DNA of 64,000 bases from Balanoglossus misakiensis (GCA_040954595.2 CM082598.2:8199097-8263096); one strand, 5' to 3'; positions 1 through 14,696 are shown, numbered from the stretch's first letter. Notes: a model not told the origin generated them from the letters alone. Numbers and translations: made by a program.

Positions 1-1699
1 CATAAAGGCATGGGTACAAGGTAACTGGCTTATTTTGATTTATGCCATATTTCTTGAAAACGAAAACTCAGATGAAAGCAAAATTTGGTACAGACTTTGA
101 TTTCTGTAAAGCTGAAATTTTTGTGTTGAAAAAATTTACATCGACCAATCACGTGACCAAATTGTCGCCATTTTGGTGCAAAAAATTGACTTGTTTTAGT
201 TGTGTTTAGCTTTAACACAGCAAAATGGGGCTTCTGTTTAGGTGAACCCTGCTGTTTTAGTGTCAAGCCAAGTGGCTTGGTAATTACCTACTTTAGTACT
301 GTATCCAATATATCCATCTAAGTATTAGTATAGGATAAGATAGAATAGTGTAGTGTTTGCATATTACTTTCCTTTTCTGACAAATTTATGTGCATTTGAA
401 TTTCTATGTATGTTCAAAATATAAGCAGCTCGAATTTGCAAGTTAAGGTGTGGTGAGACAACGTTGTTAAAGTGTTTTTTTTCCGAAGCCATTTTCACAA
501 TGAAGACAATATGATAACCCCTGTGAGAGACCACTCTCATGACCCGTGAGTGACCTCTGGTTCTGGTATCTTTGTTTCTTTTGCTCAAAGTTTCATAACA
601 GAAATTTTAACTTTTTGTTCCAGGATGAGTTAGAGTGCACAAGTTGAATGGTATGCTTGACTGTTGCAGAGTTTGAACTCAAAATGACAAATTCATACCA
701 ACAAAGATGCCAGGATGTACAGGTCACACAAGGATCAATAAGTGGCCTAATTATCAATTTTCCTGATAAAGAAATCTTTTTGATAATTTGGCATTAAAAG
801 GCTATGGTGACAAAAAGAATACTGCCTTTACAAAACATACTGAAAATAATTGTCCAAATTAAAGCTACTGTTCTTTTTGTGAGTCTTTGTAGCATATGAA
901 GCATATCTTGGTAAGGCCAAAGTAAGTAGATTGTTTGTTTTGCATCAGTGTGTGTATGTTTTTGGAGAATTTCATGAAAAACACAAACAGTGTATTTGAA
1001 TAGGACTTTACCGCTTAGCTTTTCTGTCTGCAAATCTTTGCTGATAATTTTTGTAAAATGTGCTGTAAATTCATGCATGCTTGCAGATTGAAGTCCAAAT
1101 TATGGAAGTGAATTCAGTTTCTGCTTTGATTCTTGAATTGGCACTGACATTTCATGAAAACAATCAAGTAAATACAAATCTTGTGTGTGATAAACTTTCT
1201 GTGTTTTTGAACTGCTTACCTTTCAAAATTTTGAGTGGAGACTGAGTGGACCGAAACAAAGAATTTAATTACTTTGGCCTAACATATTCTTGTACATTAT
1301 ATATCTGCCAGCTATGTATTTATGTTGTATTGACATGGAGAATGTTGACCCGCTCAAGGGCATATCACTGTATAAAGTGTCACAAAGTCATGCATGTGAT
1401 GATAACTTGTTTGAAGCCATCTGAATTTGGCATATATAGATTGTGTAACATTCACAAACATGTTAAGAATAAACATCTGAATTCTTTTAGTTTACACAGT
1501 CTCTTAATGATTCTCCCTGTTTTTGTTTTTTTGTGTGTGTGTCCTTTTAAAGCCCCAGTAACGCCGATTTTTGGCTATTTTTTTCATCATATGCCAGCTG
1601 TATTCTCAGGGGGCACATATGCAAGATGCCTTAGTACCATGTAATTTCTGAACTTAATCTATGAAATATTCACTCAAGTTGGTTCAATATGTCCAAAAT

Positions 1700-2560
1700 A
1701 ATCTTAAAATTGTCTCCTGGAGCAAATTTTACCACAAAACGATATGAAATATGACTACATTATGCTCACAATCTTCAATACTGCCCTACTACATATTCTA
1801 GGATGGTAAAGGTCATTTAAGGTAAAAGACAAAAATATGCAAATTTCATTATGATTTGAGCAAACTGGGCTGAGATCACCCCTAGGAATATGCATATCAA
1901 ATTTCAAAGCACTCAGTCAAGCGGTTTCAGAGATAATGATTTTTTGACCAAAAATGTTTAAAATTGCACCAAAAATACATACATGCAAATTTCATCATGA
2001 TTTGAACAAATCTGACAGTGGTCACCCCTAAGAACGTCGATGTCAAATCTCAAAGCAATAGGACAAGTCCGTTTCAGAAAAGAAGATTTTTTTACCAAAA
2101 ATGAAGAAAATTAACAAAAAAATTCATTAAAAATAGAAAATTCCAGATATCTACACAAAATGAACAAAACTACATGAGGCCCATATCAGGAACTTCCATA
2201 TCAATTTTCAAAGCAATCAGACGAGTGGTTATGAAGAAGAAGATTTTTACCAAAAATGAGATTGTTTGAGCTCATTTGCATATTTTTGAGAATATCTTCA
2301 AAAATAAAAAAACATCTGGGCGTATACCCATGACACATCCACACACTGAATTTCAAGTTTGTGAGCGCTTCGGTTCTCAAAATATTTGAGTGGACGGACA
2401 TCCTCACATACATACATAAATACATACATACATACATACATACATACATACATACATACATACATACATACATACATACAGACTGACGACAGACACAGGT
2501 CAAAGGTCAAAATACCCATTTTAACAGCTTCTATAGACCATAGACTATAGTAGCTAAAAA
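1700..2560 (-). mobile_element. Helentron-associated (HINE/DINE-like) non-autonomous element with internal (TACA)n microsatellite
   Basis: The minus strand begins TTTTT-AGCTACTATAG..CTATAGAAGCT (short stem-loop, ~2526-2555) followed by a tetranucleotide microsatellite, matching the known HINE layout. The left boundary is approximate. Confidence 0.5.
2407..2480. repeat. (TACA)n microsatellite
   Basis: Directly visible tandem TACA run. Confidence 0.95.
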
Positions 2561-3173
2561 TGAGGAAAGCACTGGCACAAACTAGCACAAATACACACAC
2601 GCACGCGCGTACCCAAGGGAGACAAAAAAAAGAAAGATGACTTTAACAAAACTTGAATAACCTAAGGTTGCGACTGGTTTTCAATGACAGAAAGACTTCA
2701 TTCTATACCCTCATTATTTATGGTCTTATTTTCGGCAAATACAAGTTGTTGGACGAAGTTGAACTTATTGATCTTGCCAAATGAACATTTGCAGGTTGAA
2801 AAAGCTTGTACATATACTTGACAATTTTGAAAATCATGACACCTTTATGATAATAAGTTAGTTTCCGTGATCGTTAAGACTTACCTAGTTGCAACCTCAA
2901 TCATATAATGCAAATAAACAGCCATAAGAAATACATTAAAAGGGCAGCATATTTATTTAATTTTAATGACGCAAACCCATGACATTTCATAAACTCAATC
3001 TTCATACATAAATCAGTAAGAAAGTTTACCCACGATCGCCTTTGATGGAGATTCAGAACCTTAAATATTACAAGGCATCGTACCTTATAAGGAAGACGAT
3101 TGCGCCAATACACATTAAAGTAAATTTGCTTGTCAGATGAGACATTAACATAACCGTTATTTGCTGTGTTTGA

Positions 3174-3540
3174 TGATCATACAAACAAAGCCTCAGGATC
3201 GTGTCGATAAGAAATAAAAAGCGATTATCGACACGATGATCGTACAAATAAGCAGAAAATGCTGATAATCAACACGACCATCGTGTCGATAAGTAAGAAA
3301 AACTACGTATCGACCTGACCATCGTGTCGATAATCCGTTTGTTTTTCTTATCGACACGATAGTGATCGTGCAAATAAGCTGAAAATGCTTCTTATTGACA
3401 TGATCACCGTGTCGATAAGAAAAAAAAACACGTTATCGACAAGATGGTCGTGTCGATACGTAGTTTTTCTTACTTATCGACACGGTGGTCGTGTTGATAA
3501 AGCATTTTTTCCCTTATCCACACGACGATCGTGTCGATAG
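3174..3540. repeat. Nested palindromic cluster of ATCGACACG/CGTGTCGAT motifs with a ~100-bp inverted repeat
   Basis: Arms at ~3268-3366 and ~3400-3498 are reverse complements, and the short motif recurs many times in both orientations. Confidence 0.8.
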
Positions 3541-4755
3541 GCGCAACCCATCGGTCGACAACTTAGTTTGGTCGGTTTATTATGTGACTTGATCACGCGA
3601 CAGACGTCATTTGTATCAAAACCTTATTACAACTGCCCTGATTAGTTGATAAAAAGTTGCAGCTGGCCGGCCGACTTCTTCCTCAAAATAAACATACGTT
3701 ATGAACGAGGATGAATGGGCAAAGGTCAGTGTGACGTCATGAGATTCGACTCTGGAACTCACGCGATGGATTTTGCCTGGTCGATGTACGTACGGCTACA
3801 ATACAAATATTTCAAAGGTGGGTATTTTTTAACAATATTGTGTCCGTGTGTACGAGGTATTAAGAATAGTTGGCAAGTGCCTCTCAGAAAACTGGTCTTT
3901 TAAATATTGTCTTCGCAAAAAACGACAACATTTATCAACAACGCGGTTTGACTTTGAAACAGGCCTGGGCAGGCAGGAGCCGTTCACGATGTTTAATGTG
4001 TGTAATCGCGACCCTGTAATGGTTTTTGACTGTAGAAATATCCGCAGACGCCGGCATCAATGTTGCGAAAACAGGGTTATGGCAACAGTAAATAATGGAA
4101 ATATGTACCTTCGTGCGTTTGAAGACGGAATTAGAAATAATCGGCATAATATTTAATTTCTCATGTGAACTCTTCACCCGGCCGGGGCTGATGCGACTGT
4201 GTAAAAATATGTGTAAACTAAGTCAGTGTTGATTCTGTCCGGGTCATTATTCTAATGTATTTATTTTGAATTAACTTGTGTACATTCAGGTAATCGTATG
4301 GATATGTATGGAAATACTTACACATTAATTCAAGACAGTTATATCCCAGAAGTCGAACGTCCATGTGTGTATTCAGTGAAAGGAACTCACAACATTATGT
4401 GATTTGATTTGTGTATGTGCTTGGGATCCAATCATGCTGTTGAGATGGCCTGGAAACTTGGGTTGCATGGCGTTTCAGTGAGTATCATTTATGCTTTATG
4501 ATGTTTTGCCGTATAATTTGTGGGTCATTTCAAGTACTAGTAAGTGATGATCAAATTTTACAGTTACTCTGAGGTAACCATTTAAAACACGAATTATACC
4601 AAATAAATGAATTTGCTTAGAATTCCAAACTGTGGTAGAGTTTGCATAATTTTTCGTATGCAATTTTCTGATGGCAATGTATTTGACTGTAAACAAATAT
4701 TGTCGTCCATTTGTAGCGCTGTATTTTGTCAGTGAAATGGCTTCATCATTATCCC

Positions 4756-5151
4756 TAGTCTCGGTTACCTAAACCCCCCTGCTTCTTCTGTTGGGCACTC
4801 CAGAAAGAGGGTCTGGGGAAACCCCATAGACAAATCTCCGGGCAAAGATGGCCGACTTGAGACAAAAGCGATGCAAGATGGTCGAAATTTATAACATTTG
4901 ATATTATGATATGACAATATTAGAAAACTATTTACCAAACTTCTCTCTCTCTTTTCAATTTGCAGACAGTTTTAGCAGGTCTAGCACTTCTCAGCATGTT
5001 TTTTTATGTTTGGGGCTGCAGCAACCATCATGCATCGCTTTTGTCTCAAGTCGGCCATCTTTGCCCGGAGATTTGTCTATGGGGTTTCCCCAGACCTTCT
5101 TTCTGGAGTGCCCAAACGGAAGAAGCAGGGGGGTCTAGGTAACCGAGACTA
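4756..5151. mobile_element. MITE with ~130-bp TIRs, TAG...CTA ends and a 9-bp TSD (AcademH-like)
   Basis: TAGTCTCGGTTACC...GGTAACCGAGACTA flanked by CATTATCCC at 4747-4755 and 5152-5160. TAG termini with 9-bp TSDs are described for AcademH. Confidence 0.85.
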
Positions 5152-6269
5152 CATTATCCCTCAACCAAAGTTGGAACAGAGTTAAATATGCACAGCTTGA
5201 AATTGTAAAATGTTGCAAAATTGAGCCAACAGTTCGGTCAACAATCACGTTCTTACAGCTATTATTAGAACCAGACTGTCTCAGGGAACAAGAGACATAG
5301 GCCTGATTTGCAAGCCGAGTTGGAAATGACTTTGCCTGCCCATGGACCTACCAGTTTCAGTGAATCTTATTTTATTTAAATATGAATATGGAGAATTATC
5401 CTCTGTATTCTGATTGTTAGCCTGCATACATCATTATATGTACCTTGAGTGATTCCAGTTTATTCCGTATCCTGTGAATGGGAATTTAGTTACCAAAACC
5501 GGCGTTTCTCACAGTGCAAAGACCTAATCCACTGGGCAACCGGGTCTGTCAAATTGATCTGATGCCTCTTACTGGCCGAAGGATCACCAGTTGTATTTTC
5601 ACATATAAATAGAAACCCAGTTAAATTATGCCATATGATTTTATTGACAATTAAAAGTTTCATAAGTTAATTACAATACCTAAATTTCCAAATGTAAGAA
5701 TGCTGTAAGTTTTCATGTGATTGATATTAATTATACATTTTCAAAATTTGCTTCTCTGAATTTTCACGTCTTGTCAGCCCAATTGGGCTGGTGAATATAC
5801 ACAAATAAATCTTTAAAACATACTGTAAAATCATTATTCTATGGTACAAAATATTTAGTAAGAAAGATTTTTTTTTTATTTTATCCAAGATATAATCGGC
5901 CGTCAATGCACTAGCAGGGTTACGTGATTCAAAAATGCATGCGAAACTAAATTTCATTGAACTACTGACTCAGTGATTGATATGTAAATTAGGAGCAGCC
6001 AATAAGCACGCATTGGTGAACCCGACCTGACCCCGACCTGACCCCGTCCACAGTACTCCATGCCCAGGCCATATGTTCACTGCGTAAGTGTGTCTAAATA
6101 TAGCTCGGTTACATTTGCATAAATTACAGCTTTGTTCATGTTCTTCTGAACTTTGTCTGATAGAATAAACATGAGTCTTACAAAAGTTTGAGTTTACAAA
6201 AATTTAGAAGAAAGTTTGTACTCAGTGTGCCATCGAAGTGGGAAAGGAAAGATAATAACACTGTCAGGA

Positions 6270-7450
6270 GTCTACTACCTCCATGATGAACCAGAGAGCA
6301 ATGACTATTTTAATTTATTTCAAATACTATGTTTACAACTGCTACATGTATGCTCCCATTAACTGGGGAAAGTAAATGATTGAACTGTCTGTTTATGTGA
6401 TCCAGATTTTGTGATTTTCTGATAGATTGATAGTTTTCTGATAGTTTATGGACGATGCTGTTCTTCCAATGACTGTCCAGTACGTATTTGCATAATGTGA
6501 ACCTTGACCAGGTGTACAGCACCCTCATGAAGCAAAGAGGTACAACCGTTCTCTTTGGTAACTTGGCTGCTATGAGTAGGTTGGTAAATTTTTGTCGCTC
6601 TTTGAAATCGCTCATAAAAGTGTTCAATTGTTGACATCCACTTCTATTATTGAGATGAAATGATGCATTAGTCTCTCAAGAACAGTCAACTGTAATAATT
6701 TGGAAGAGTGTTTAATGTTTTTGTGAGTTTTTTGAGCTTTTATTCAGAGTTGATGTAAGTTCAATGAACAGTCACATGTGTTACAGTGTACTGCCATGGT
6801 CAAACAATACTTGGACATTTAGTTACTATCGCCTGTTGGAAATTTCTCTTGTAACTTCTACTGGTGCACCAATTTTTTTTTTCTTTTAACATGCATTTCT
6901 CATACATTGCACTACTGGTGCGAATTGGTATAACAATACAGTGAATTGCATCACCAGTATAGCAGTATAACACAGGATACAAAATCTAAGATGTCTTAGG
7001 ATGTTTTTGAACTAATCAGTAACCATTTTCTAAAAATTATAGATCTGAAACTAAAATTCAGAATTTGGTCAGCCCTGGGAAATATATTGTGTGAAGCCAT
7101 TTATGTGTGTGGGGCCATTTTTTATACTAAATTTAAAACGGTAATTAGAGCCCTTGGTAGAAGTTCTGCACTGAAAAAAGTGTGAACTTGGCATGGGCAG
7201 GTAAAAGAATTGTTGGTAAATCATTTAGCAAATTCCTGAATGATTGCATAACTGGCTACGTTTTGAAGAGGCCAGCTGTTCTATTTAGTATATGTACAGT
7301 ACATATGCCATTGGCAGCTGATGGGTTAGTCAGTGCTTGCCCATTGATCTCTCGCTCTGTGTGTGTGTCTGTCTGTATATGGCCATGTACTCTGGTGTAG
7401 ACTTTTTCTTGTGTAATCACTCAATGGGACCACCGTGTCCTTGACGCGAT
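6270..7450 (+). repeat. Degenerate direct duplication, partner at ~11360-12010
   Basis: Blocks such as ATGATGxACCAGAGAGCAATGACTATTTTAATT and ACTGGTGCxAATT...GCCATTT recur in the same order. Confidence 0.65.
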
Positions 7451-8526
7451 TTTTGCCATTTTTGGTCAAAAATCAGTTTCTCTGAGACTCCCTGTCAGAT
7501 TGCTTTTAAATTTTGGTATTCCTGTTCCAAGTGGTAAAGTGGTAACCCTCGTAATGTTGCATCATTTTGGTGAAATTTGTACATTTGTGGTCTTGAGGCA
7601 ATTTTTGCAATTTATATTCTTTGAAACCACTTGTTCCTTGTGGTGATTGAAGTAAGATATTGTACAATTTGTTGATATTGAATTTTTGTGGTTTAAGGCA
7701 GTTTTTGTCATTGTTGAACACATATTATTTTCGCTGAAAATACTTGTCAGATTCCTTTGAAATGTTATTACAGTAGGTCATATCTGCTTGCCAATGTCAC
7801 TTGTGATTTTTTTTTCGTGTACACACCTGATTTTGCGTAATCCCCAGATGGGTCCACAGTGTGTTATAACGTGACCAATATTTACTGGTAAATCCTGTAT
7901 GTTCTACTTCTGGCAACTTTGAAATATGTTGATGTTTGGGTTAAATGAGATTCTTCACAAACATACAATACAGAGTGTGTGGTACAGTCCATGGTCACAT
8001 TCAGAACTACCTAGTCTATATATGTATGCTTTGCTTCCAAAACTAACACCTAGAGTCATGCATACCATTGGCCAAATAAACTGGAAACCCTAGCTGGGAA
8101 TAGTGAGGTAAGTAGTGTCCCTTTGAAGTCAATCACATAAACTGAACAGTGTTGATTAAGTGTAAGATAAAAAAATAGATTATAGTGAAGGCAGGGCTTA
8201 TAACATTGAAAATGCTACCAGCCTTAATTACACATATCCTTTGTATAATCATTGGAAAAACAATGTACCATAGACTTGCATAGCACTGTGATGGTGAATC
8301 ACAAATAGCCACTTTCATTACATTACATCAATCAGTCGATTAGCTATAATAAGAGAAATATTCCCACTGTAATTAACATCACTGTTGTTATTAGTATCTA
8401 TTGCCAATCAGTATTAATTATGCCATTATGTTATTTTAAGTAAATTGTCAAGGTTCATGTACATATCTTACAACTGAACTATCTTGTCAAAAACTTCCAC
8501 TTGAATATGTACCAAATTCTAGGCTC

Positions 8527-9717
8527 ACCAGTAGGGTTAGAGATAAAGTGTTTTATATTAACATGCATTAATATGAAACTATAATTTGATGGTTAATTTA
8601 GGACTCCCTTGATCTATGGTGACCTCATTAAATGTGTGCATATCTAATTCTAGGCTATCCATTGGAGGTAGAAACCTGGACATGGCCAACTTTGGGGTCA
8701 AAATCTTTTGACACACTTTTGGGTAATCTTGGGTAAACTTTGCCCTACATTCCTATATTTTGGGATCCGGAGCAGATATATCCTTGACACTTGGACTGAT
8801 GGAACTATGTAATGGACTGTTATGTCTTACCTCATTAATTTTGTGCATACCTAATGCCAGGCTAACCAATATGGCTGAAAGTCTGGCTTTTGTTTAACAT
8901 AATGAATTTGAGATCAGCATTTTTCTACAGCAGCCATGTTTCACTTACGAAAGGATGGAAAATATAAAGGCTTGCATGGTAGACTGAACTGTTTACTTCC
9001 CTTCCCTGAGACTGTGTGCCAATGACGGGATAGCCTACTCAGCGTTGGGTAGATCCTAAGAAGGCCTCAGCCAGGTTTCAAATAAAAAGAAAGCGGAAAT
9101 AGCTTGAATGGTGGGTTACATCGTTAACTTCCCTGCAGAGCTGATTTCTCAGACTGTGAGCCAATGACGGGTAAAGCCTCTAGGTAGGGGCCACCTAAGA
9201 CAGGCCAGTCATGCTTTAATTACAAAGAAGGGCAAGTTCAGTCTTACCACAACTTTGTCTGCTGTATATGCTTCATAAAGATTGCATAGTATTTTGAGAA
9301 CACATTGTGTGACCAGGTAAAAAGTACTGGCAAACACAGCCATAGTGGTATGAAAAAACATCTAATGTGGCTTAATAAAAGACATATAAAACACAGCAAA
9401 AGCACTGTGACTAAAAGAGACATAATTCTCCATTACATAGTTCCATCACTCCAAATGTCAAGGATGTATCAGCTTTGGATGCCAAGATATGGGAATGTAT
9501 GTCAAAGTTTACCCAGATCACCCAAAATTTTGTCGACAACTTTTGACGCCAAAGTTGTCCATGTCTAGGGATCTACCTCAACTGGATAGCCCAGAATTAG
9601 ATATGCACATATTTAATGATGTTACCATAGATCAAGGCAGTCCTAAAGTAACCATCAAATTCTAGTTTCATGTTAATTCATGTTAATATGAAACACTGTA
9701 TCTCTAACCCTTCTGGT
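8527..9717. repeat. Foldback: ~290-bp imperfect inverted repeats (8527-8816 and 9429-9717)
   Basis: GGGTTAGAGATAAAGTGTTTTATATTAACATG pairs with CATGTTAATATGAAACACTGTATCTCTAACCC, and the match continues to GATGGAACTATGTAATGGA. Confidence 0.75.
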
Positions 9718-12700
9718 AAGCCATTCGGTCTTTCATACTACCCAATATGGGAGTGTAGGTAAAAAGTCACCGCAAGGTCATTTGTAATTTTGCTTACAGA
9801 AATCTGGTCCCTGACGTTTGGTAAAGGGGTCGAGAATTGTTGTCCCAGAGTAGAACATATTCTTGAAAAAAACTTTGAGGGGTAGAAGGAAGTTTTTCAT
9901 TTTAAACTTAAGTGCTTCAAATAGTAGAGAGGTTCTCATGTTATTTAAATAAAACCTTAAATGTCATCATTATATCTTTAGACTCAAACTCAAAGTTGCC
10001 AATCTTTCATTATTTTCATGGTTTAACTTTTGATCTTAGATTGATCCATCTAAATAGGCTTACTGATAGATAAACATGAACATGTTATTGACAAATGAAT
10101 GTGGCTGTATGTTAGTAAGTTAGATATTAATCAACCCCCATATGAAGGGTACACAACTATTGTGGTATGCATTGGCAAGAGATGACAAACCCATGCACAT
10201 ACAAGCAATATGGCTCAGTGGGAAATATTTTACAGAGGAAAGAGATTTGTAAAATTTGGCAGCTTGTGAGGCTGTAGTTGTAAAATCTTTGATATGTGTT
10301 TTTACTCTTTGGGTCCCATTTCGTATACCATTGGGGGACCCAAGTGAAATTGGTCAAAACTCTGAAACACAAGAAGGTGCTGGTCAGATTGCTTTAGAAA
10401 TTGGTGTGTACATTGTATTTTATTGAGACCTTATACAGATTATTTTCATTTTTTAATGTATACTTTTGGTGCGATTTTTGCCTTTTGGTCAAATACTCTG
10501 AAACCTTTACCCATATTTTTTTGAAATTTGGTTTCCAGGTTCCTAGGTGTGTTTTCAAGACTTTTAAGCAAACCCTATGATGAAAGTGTTGATTTTGTTT
10601 GTTTTTTTTGGTGGCAAATTTTGCCATTTTTTGGCTCCGAAGTGTAACGAGGAGACTATCGAATTGGGTAAAACCATATGAGCTACTACTTCCTTCCGTC
10701 AACAACCTGTCAAGAATGCATACCATTTTCTGGTAGGGGTGTGTAGCTTTATGTTTTTGGCGGTGGTGTGTAGCTTTGAGGTGTTGAGGAAGAATTGGAA
10801 CAGTGACAGAAATCGGAACGGATTAGCCAGTAGTGTTTTCGCTACCCCCACGCCAAATCACAAATGCAAGAAAAAAGTTGTTTGGCGAGCCGATTTTCAT
10901 ACAAATTAGCCAAACTTGCAAAGCACTGCTATCTTACATCGTCGTTTGTTTTGCCATGATCAACATGCCATGATCAGTGCACTATAACGCATGAAAGTGG
11001 ACGGTTGTTCTGTTCATTGATCATCACCCCCCCCCCCCCCCCCTGTATCATGAACATCGCAAGGCAATGCATTGAATTCAGCTCTTCCAGCTAGTGGTCG
11101 CACTCGCTTGATTTCCTGCGTGTGTCTCTGGGGATGCAAAGAATGCATATGCGTCTTTTCCTTATTTGCATATTTCGAATGGAAACGCGTCAGGTGTACA
11201 GGTTGTTATGGAAGTTTCTTTATAGAACCACTAGTGTTAGTCTGTGGGCCCAACCAGCAAAAAAAGTTCTAGAAATGTCATTATGTTGTAAAGGAGTTTT
11301 GTACTACATGAAATTAGCTGGAAATGACGGGTGGTAAACTATTGATGTGAAATCAGGTCACTTCTACTGAAAATGATGGACCAGAGAGCAAATGACTATT
11401 TTAATTCATTTCATATACTATGTTCACAACTTCTACGCTCCCATCAACTGGGGAAACTAAATGATTGAACTTTCTGTTTGATCAATTCATGTATTTTTTT
11501 GCTAACACATGCACTACTATAGTCAGAACATGACATTATATACTTGAAAATGGAGAATTTTTTATCAAAACAGTTCAGCTGATCTTGAATGCTGTCTGAT
11601 ATTTTTTTTCAAAATGTATTTCTTTCACTTTTAGACTACTACTTCTACTTAACTTGCACTGTTTTTTTTTCAAACACATTTCTCATAGCTTGCACTGGTG
11701 CAATTTGATTTAACAATACACAATGAATTTCATCAGTATAACATAAAGTACAAACGAGGCCATTTGTGTGTGCGGGCCATTTATAAGACTAAATTTAAAC
11801 CAGTTATTAGAGCTCTTGACAAGTGCTTTTTCTGCCTGTCAAGCACCCACCTTATCAGGCTGCATTCAATATTACACGAGCAAAAAGTTCAGCATTTCAC
11901 CTTGCTGTTTGCAAATTGTTCCTTTCACCTATATACCAAACCACTGTTCTCCAAACATGCTGCTCATCATCCACTACACCCTGAGAGAACACCAACTGTC
12001 CTTGACGCTATTTTCTGTGATTGCTTCAATATTGTTTGCAGTTTCAAGGGGAATTCTTACTGTGATATATGAAAAGTCAGCAGAAATTGTTGCATTTTGG
12101 GGACATGCTTTCGAATGTTGATAAAAAATCTTTTTCTCAGAACATGCATGACTGATAAATTTAAAATTTTAGTTGTAAGTAATAGAAACATGTATGTTCT
12201 TCATATAAATTTTAATGGAATCAAATCATAGCTCAATTTAAATTTTTTTTATTATGTTAGATGTATTATCTTATACCACAAATATTTTATGAAAAAGGAG
12301 AAATAACCCTTACATTGTTCTTTGCAATTTAGGAGGACCTCCCCCCCCCCCCCACTGAAAATTGTATACACATTGACCTCTCTATGTCTGTATACATGTC
12401 AATGTGTATGTTTTAAAAATGTATGCTCCTGATAAGAGTGAAATGATTTTTTCGTAATACTTGCTAAATGGATTATCTCCTATGAGATGTGCAATCTTAT
12501 TACCTAATTGTTTATGACATTTTGCCTCTTATGCCTAATATATGTCATTTTCAAGATCCCCAAAACAAGCTGATATAACTTAACAATGGATAAAAATATT
12601 CCAAACAGTGTAGCCATTTGTTCAAAACATAAAATGTGAGTGATATATACTACAAAGAATGTACAAGTTTGCATATTTTTTATCATGTTTTCCTCAATAA

Positions 12701-13234
12701 TTGTACTGTTTCTGTAGATATCAGAGGTTTAATGTTATTCAAATAAATGTAGTGCATATCACATTTTAATTTAAGCCATCATGTGCTAATGTGGCAGCCA
12801 TGGCCCACTGTCATCATGAATTGAAATTCACACATGCTTTACCATCCTCACGAACTGTGTTGAACTGGCACACTGCAAATTTTGAAAATATGATATTGAT
12901 CACAATCACACGCACACTGACAGCATCCTTTTTGGGGATACAGGTACTGACACTATCAGTCATAATACCTTTGAATCCTCAATAAAGAATTTATAGAAGA
13001 ATTTAACAGGTTTTATATTTGAACACAAAGTATAAAATTCCTTTGTGCCGTAGAAATGAAAATCTACATTTTGTGGTCCTTCTGCTGGTGAGAAGCAACC
13101 GATACATTCAGCATGCTCATCGCCCAGGATATTTAGGTGTACAGAAAAAAAAACTAGAATGACAACAGCTATGCGTGCAGCTATGCAGGCTAACAATAGA
13201 AACACAGAGAACAGTTCTCCATATTCATTTTTAA

Positions 13235-13528
13235 TACGATAAGATTCACTGAAATTGGTGGGTCTGTGGGCAGGCAAAGACATTTCCAACTCGGCTTGCA
13301 AATCAGACCCATGTCTCTTGTTCCCTGATACTGTCTGCTTCTAATAATAGCAATAAGAACTTGACTGTTGTCCGAACTTTTGGTTCAATTTCGCAACATT
13401 TTATGATTTCAAGCAGTGCATATTTAACTCTGTTTCAACTTTGGTTGGATGGATAATGATGAAGCCATTTCACTGACAAAATAGGGCTAAGAATGGACGT
13501 CAATATTTGTTTACAGGCAAATACATTA
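13235..13528 (-). repeat. Inverted paralogue of 4676-5370 lacking the MITE (empty site)
   Basis: The reverse complement matches both flanks of 4756-5151 joined through a single CATTATCC. Confidence 0.8.
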
Positions 13529-13913
13529 TTGTTAATGTTTATTTCAGATAAAAAATAATCCATAGGAGGTAAGCAAGAAAAAAAAATACTTCTAGTTAAA
13601 ATAGTCTTTGACACCAAACATTCCATAATAAAATATTTGAAAAAATAGACTTGGGCAGTACAGAATACACGATCAAAGTACTAGAAAGCTGAAACCTGCT
13701 CATTAAACTATATGACTTTTTTCCTAAAGTATCTCATCAAGAGTTAAAACATTTAGATTATCAAGCAATAAAGTATTACTTTGAACATGACTATGTTCGA
13801 AACCTGTTAATTTACGAAATATCAGAGAATATACTGTTCTAGAAGTATAAAACATTTTCATAGAAAAATTACACCACAAATAAGAATTGAACAGAATGTC
13901 ACAAAAAACTGAA

Positions 13914-14200
13914 ATTATATTATACCAGTATATTGATGGTGTAAATCACGCTATTTGATTGGTCGAGACACGACACGTGACCGTGATATATTAGCTATAT
14001 ACCACAGTCATATATCATAGTCAAAGAAAATGCCTTTTTAAAATGTTTTATGCAAAGTTTCAATATACTGGCATAATATAATATCAATAAAACACCCCCA
14101 GCCATGGTATACCACTCGATTTTGACCAGTTCAACTCCATGTCGTGAACTGGTCAAAATCTTGTGGTATACCATGGCTGGGGGTGTTTTATTGCTTAAAT
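13914..14200. mobile_element. Non-autonomous hairpin element (Crypton-like layout: IR-body-IR-long hairpin)
   Basis: 23-bp IR at 13914-13936 and 14060-14082, then a hairpin at 14085-14193 ending TTATTGCTTAAATA. Confidence 0.65.
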
Positions 14201-14468
14201 ATATGACACTTGACCGATAAAGATGCAAATTTAAAATCACAAAGGATAGCGTTTCCACCCTAAAGTATAAAAAACAACTCTGAGCTTGAATATCCTCATT
14301 ATCTTTAAGGTTTCAAGATATTAAATGACCAAGATATTTGTAAACATTAACATAACTCGGTAGTCTACCATTTAAATAAATTGGAACTGTTTTAAGTTAC
14401 CTAACACTGGGTTGAATTAGCATAAACACCGTCTTTTTCTCATTGAAAAGTATCGCGTTTATACTGCC

Positions 14469-14696
14469 TTAACGACCACAGCAATTAACTAACATTTGGT
14501 GACCGTAGGCTCCAGTAGAGAAAATAACTATATCGAAATGTTTCAACCTGTAATCGCCAAGAAGACATCTGAACTGAAGTTTTGATAAAATCCTACTGAA
14601 ATCATCTAAGTACACAGTGAAAAAAATTGGGGATGAAATTCCGCCCTGTTTTACATCTTTTTTAGAAAAGAATGGTGCAGTATAGATCCGTTCCAT
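14469..14696 (-). pseudogene. Degenerate non-LTR (LINE) reverse transcriptase fragment
   Basis: VKQGGISSPIFFTVYLDD resembles the LINE RT motif GVRQGxxLSPxLFxxYxDD. Confidence 0.7.

Noticed and set aside
2201-2600. ORFs with (MYVC)n
   Set aside because: These are microsatellite translations, as is the ORF at 54309-54512.
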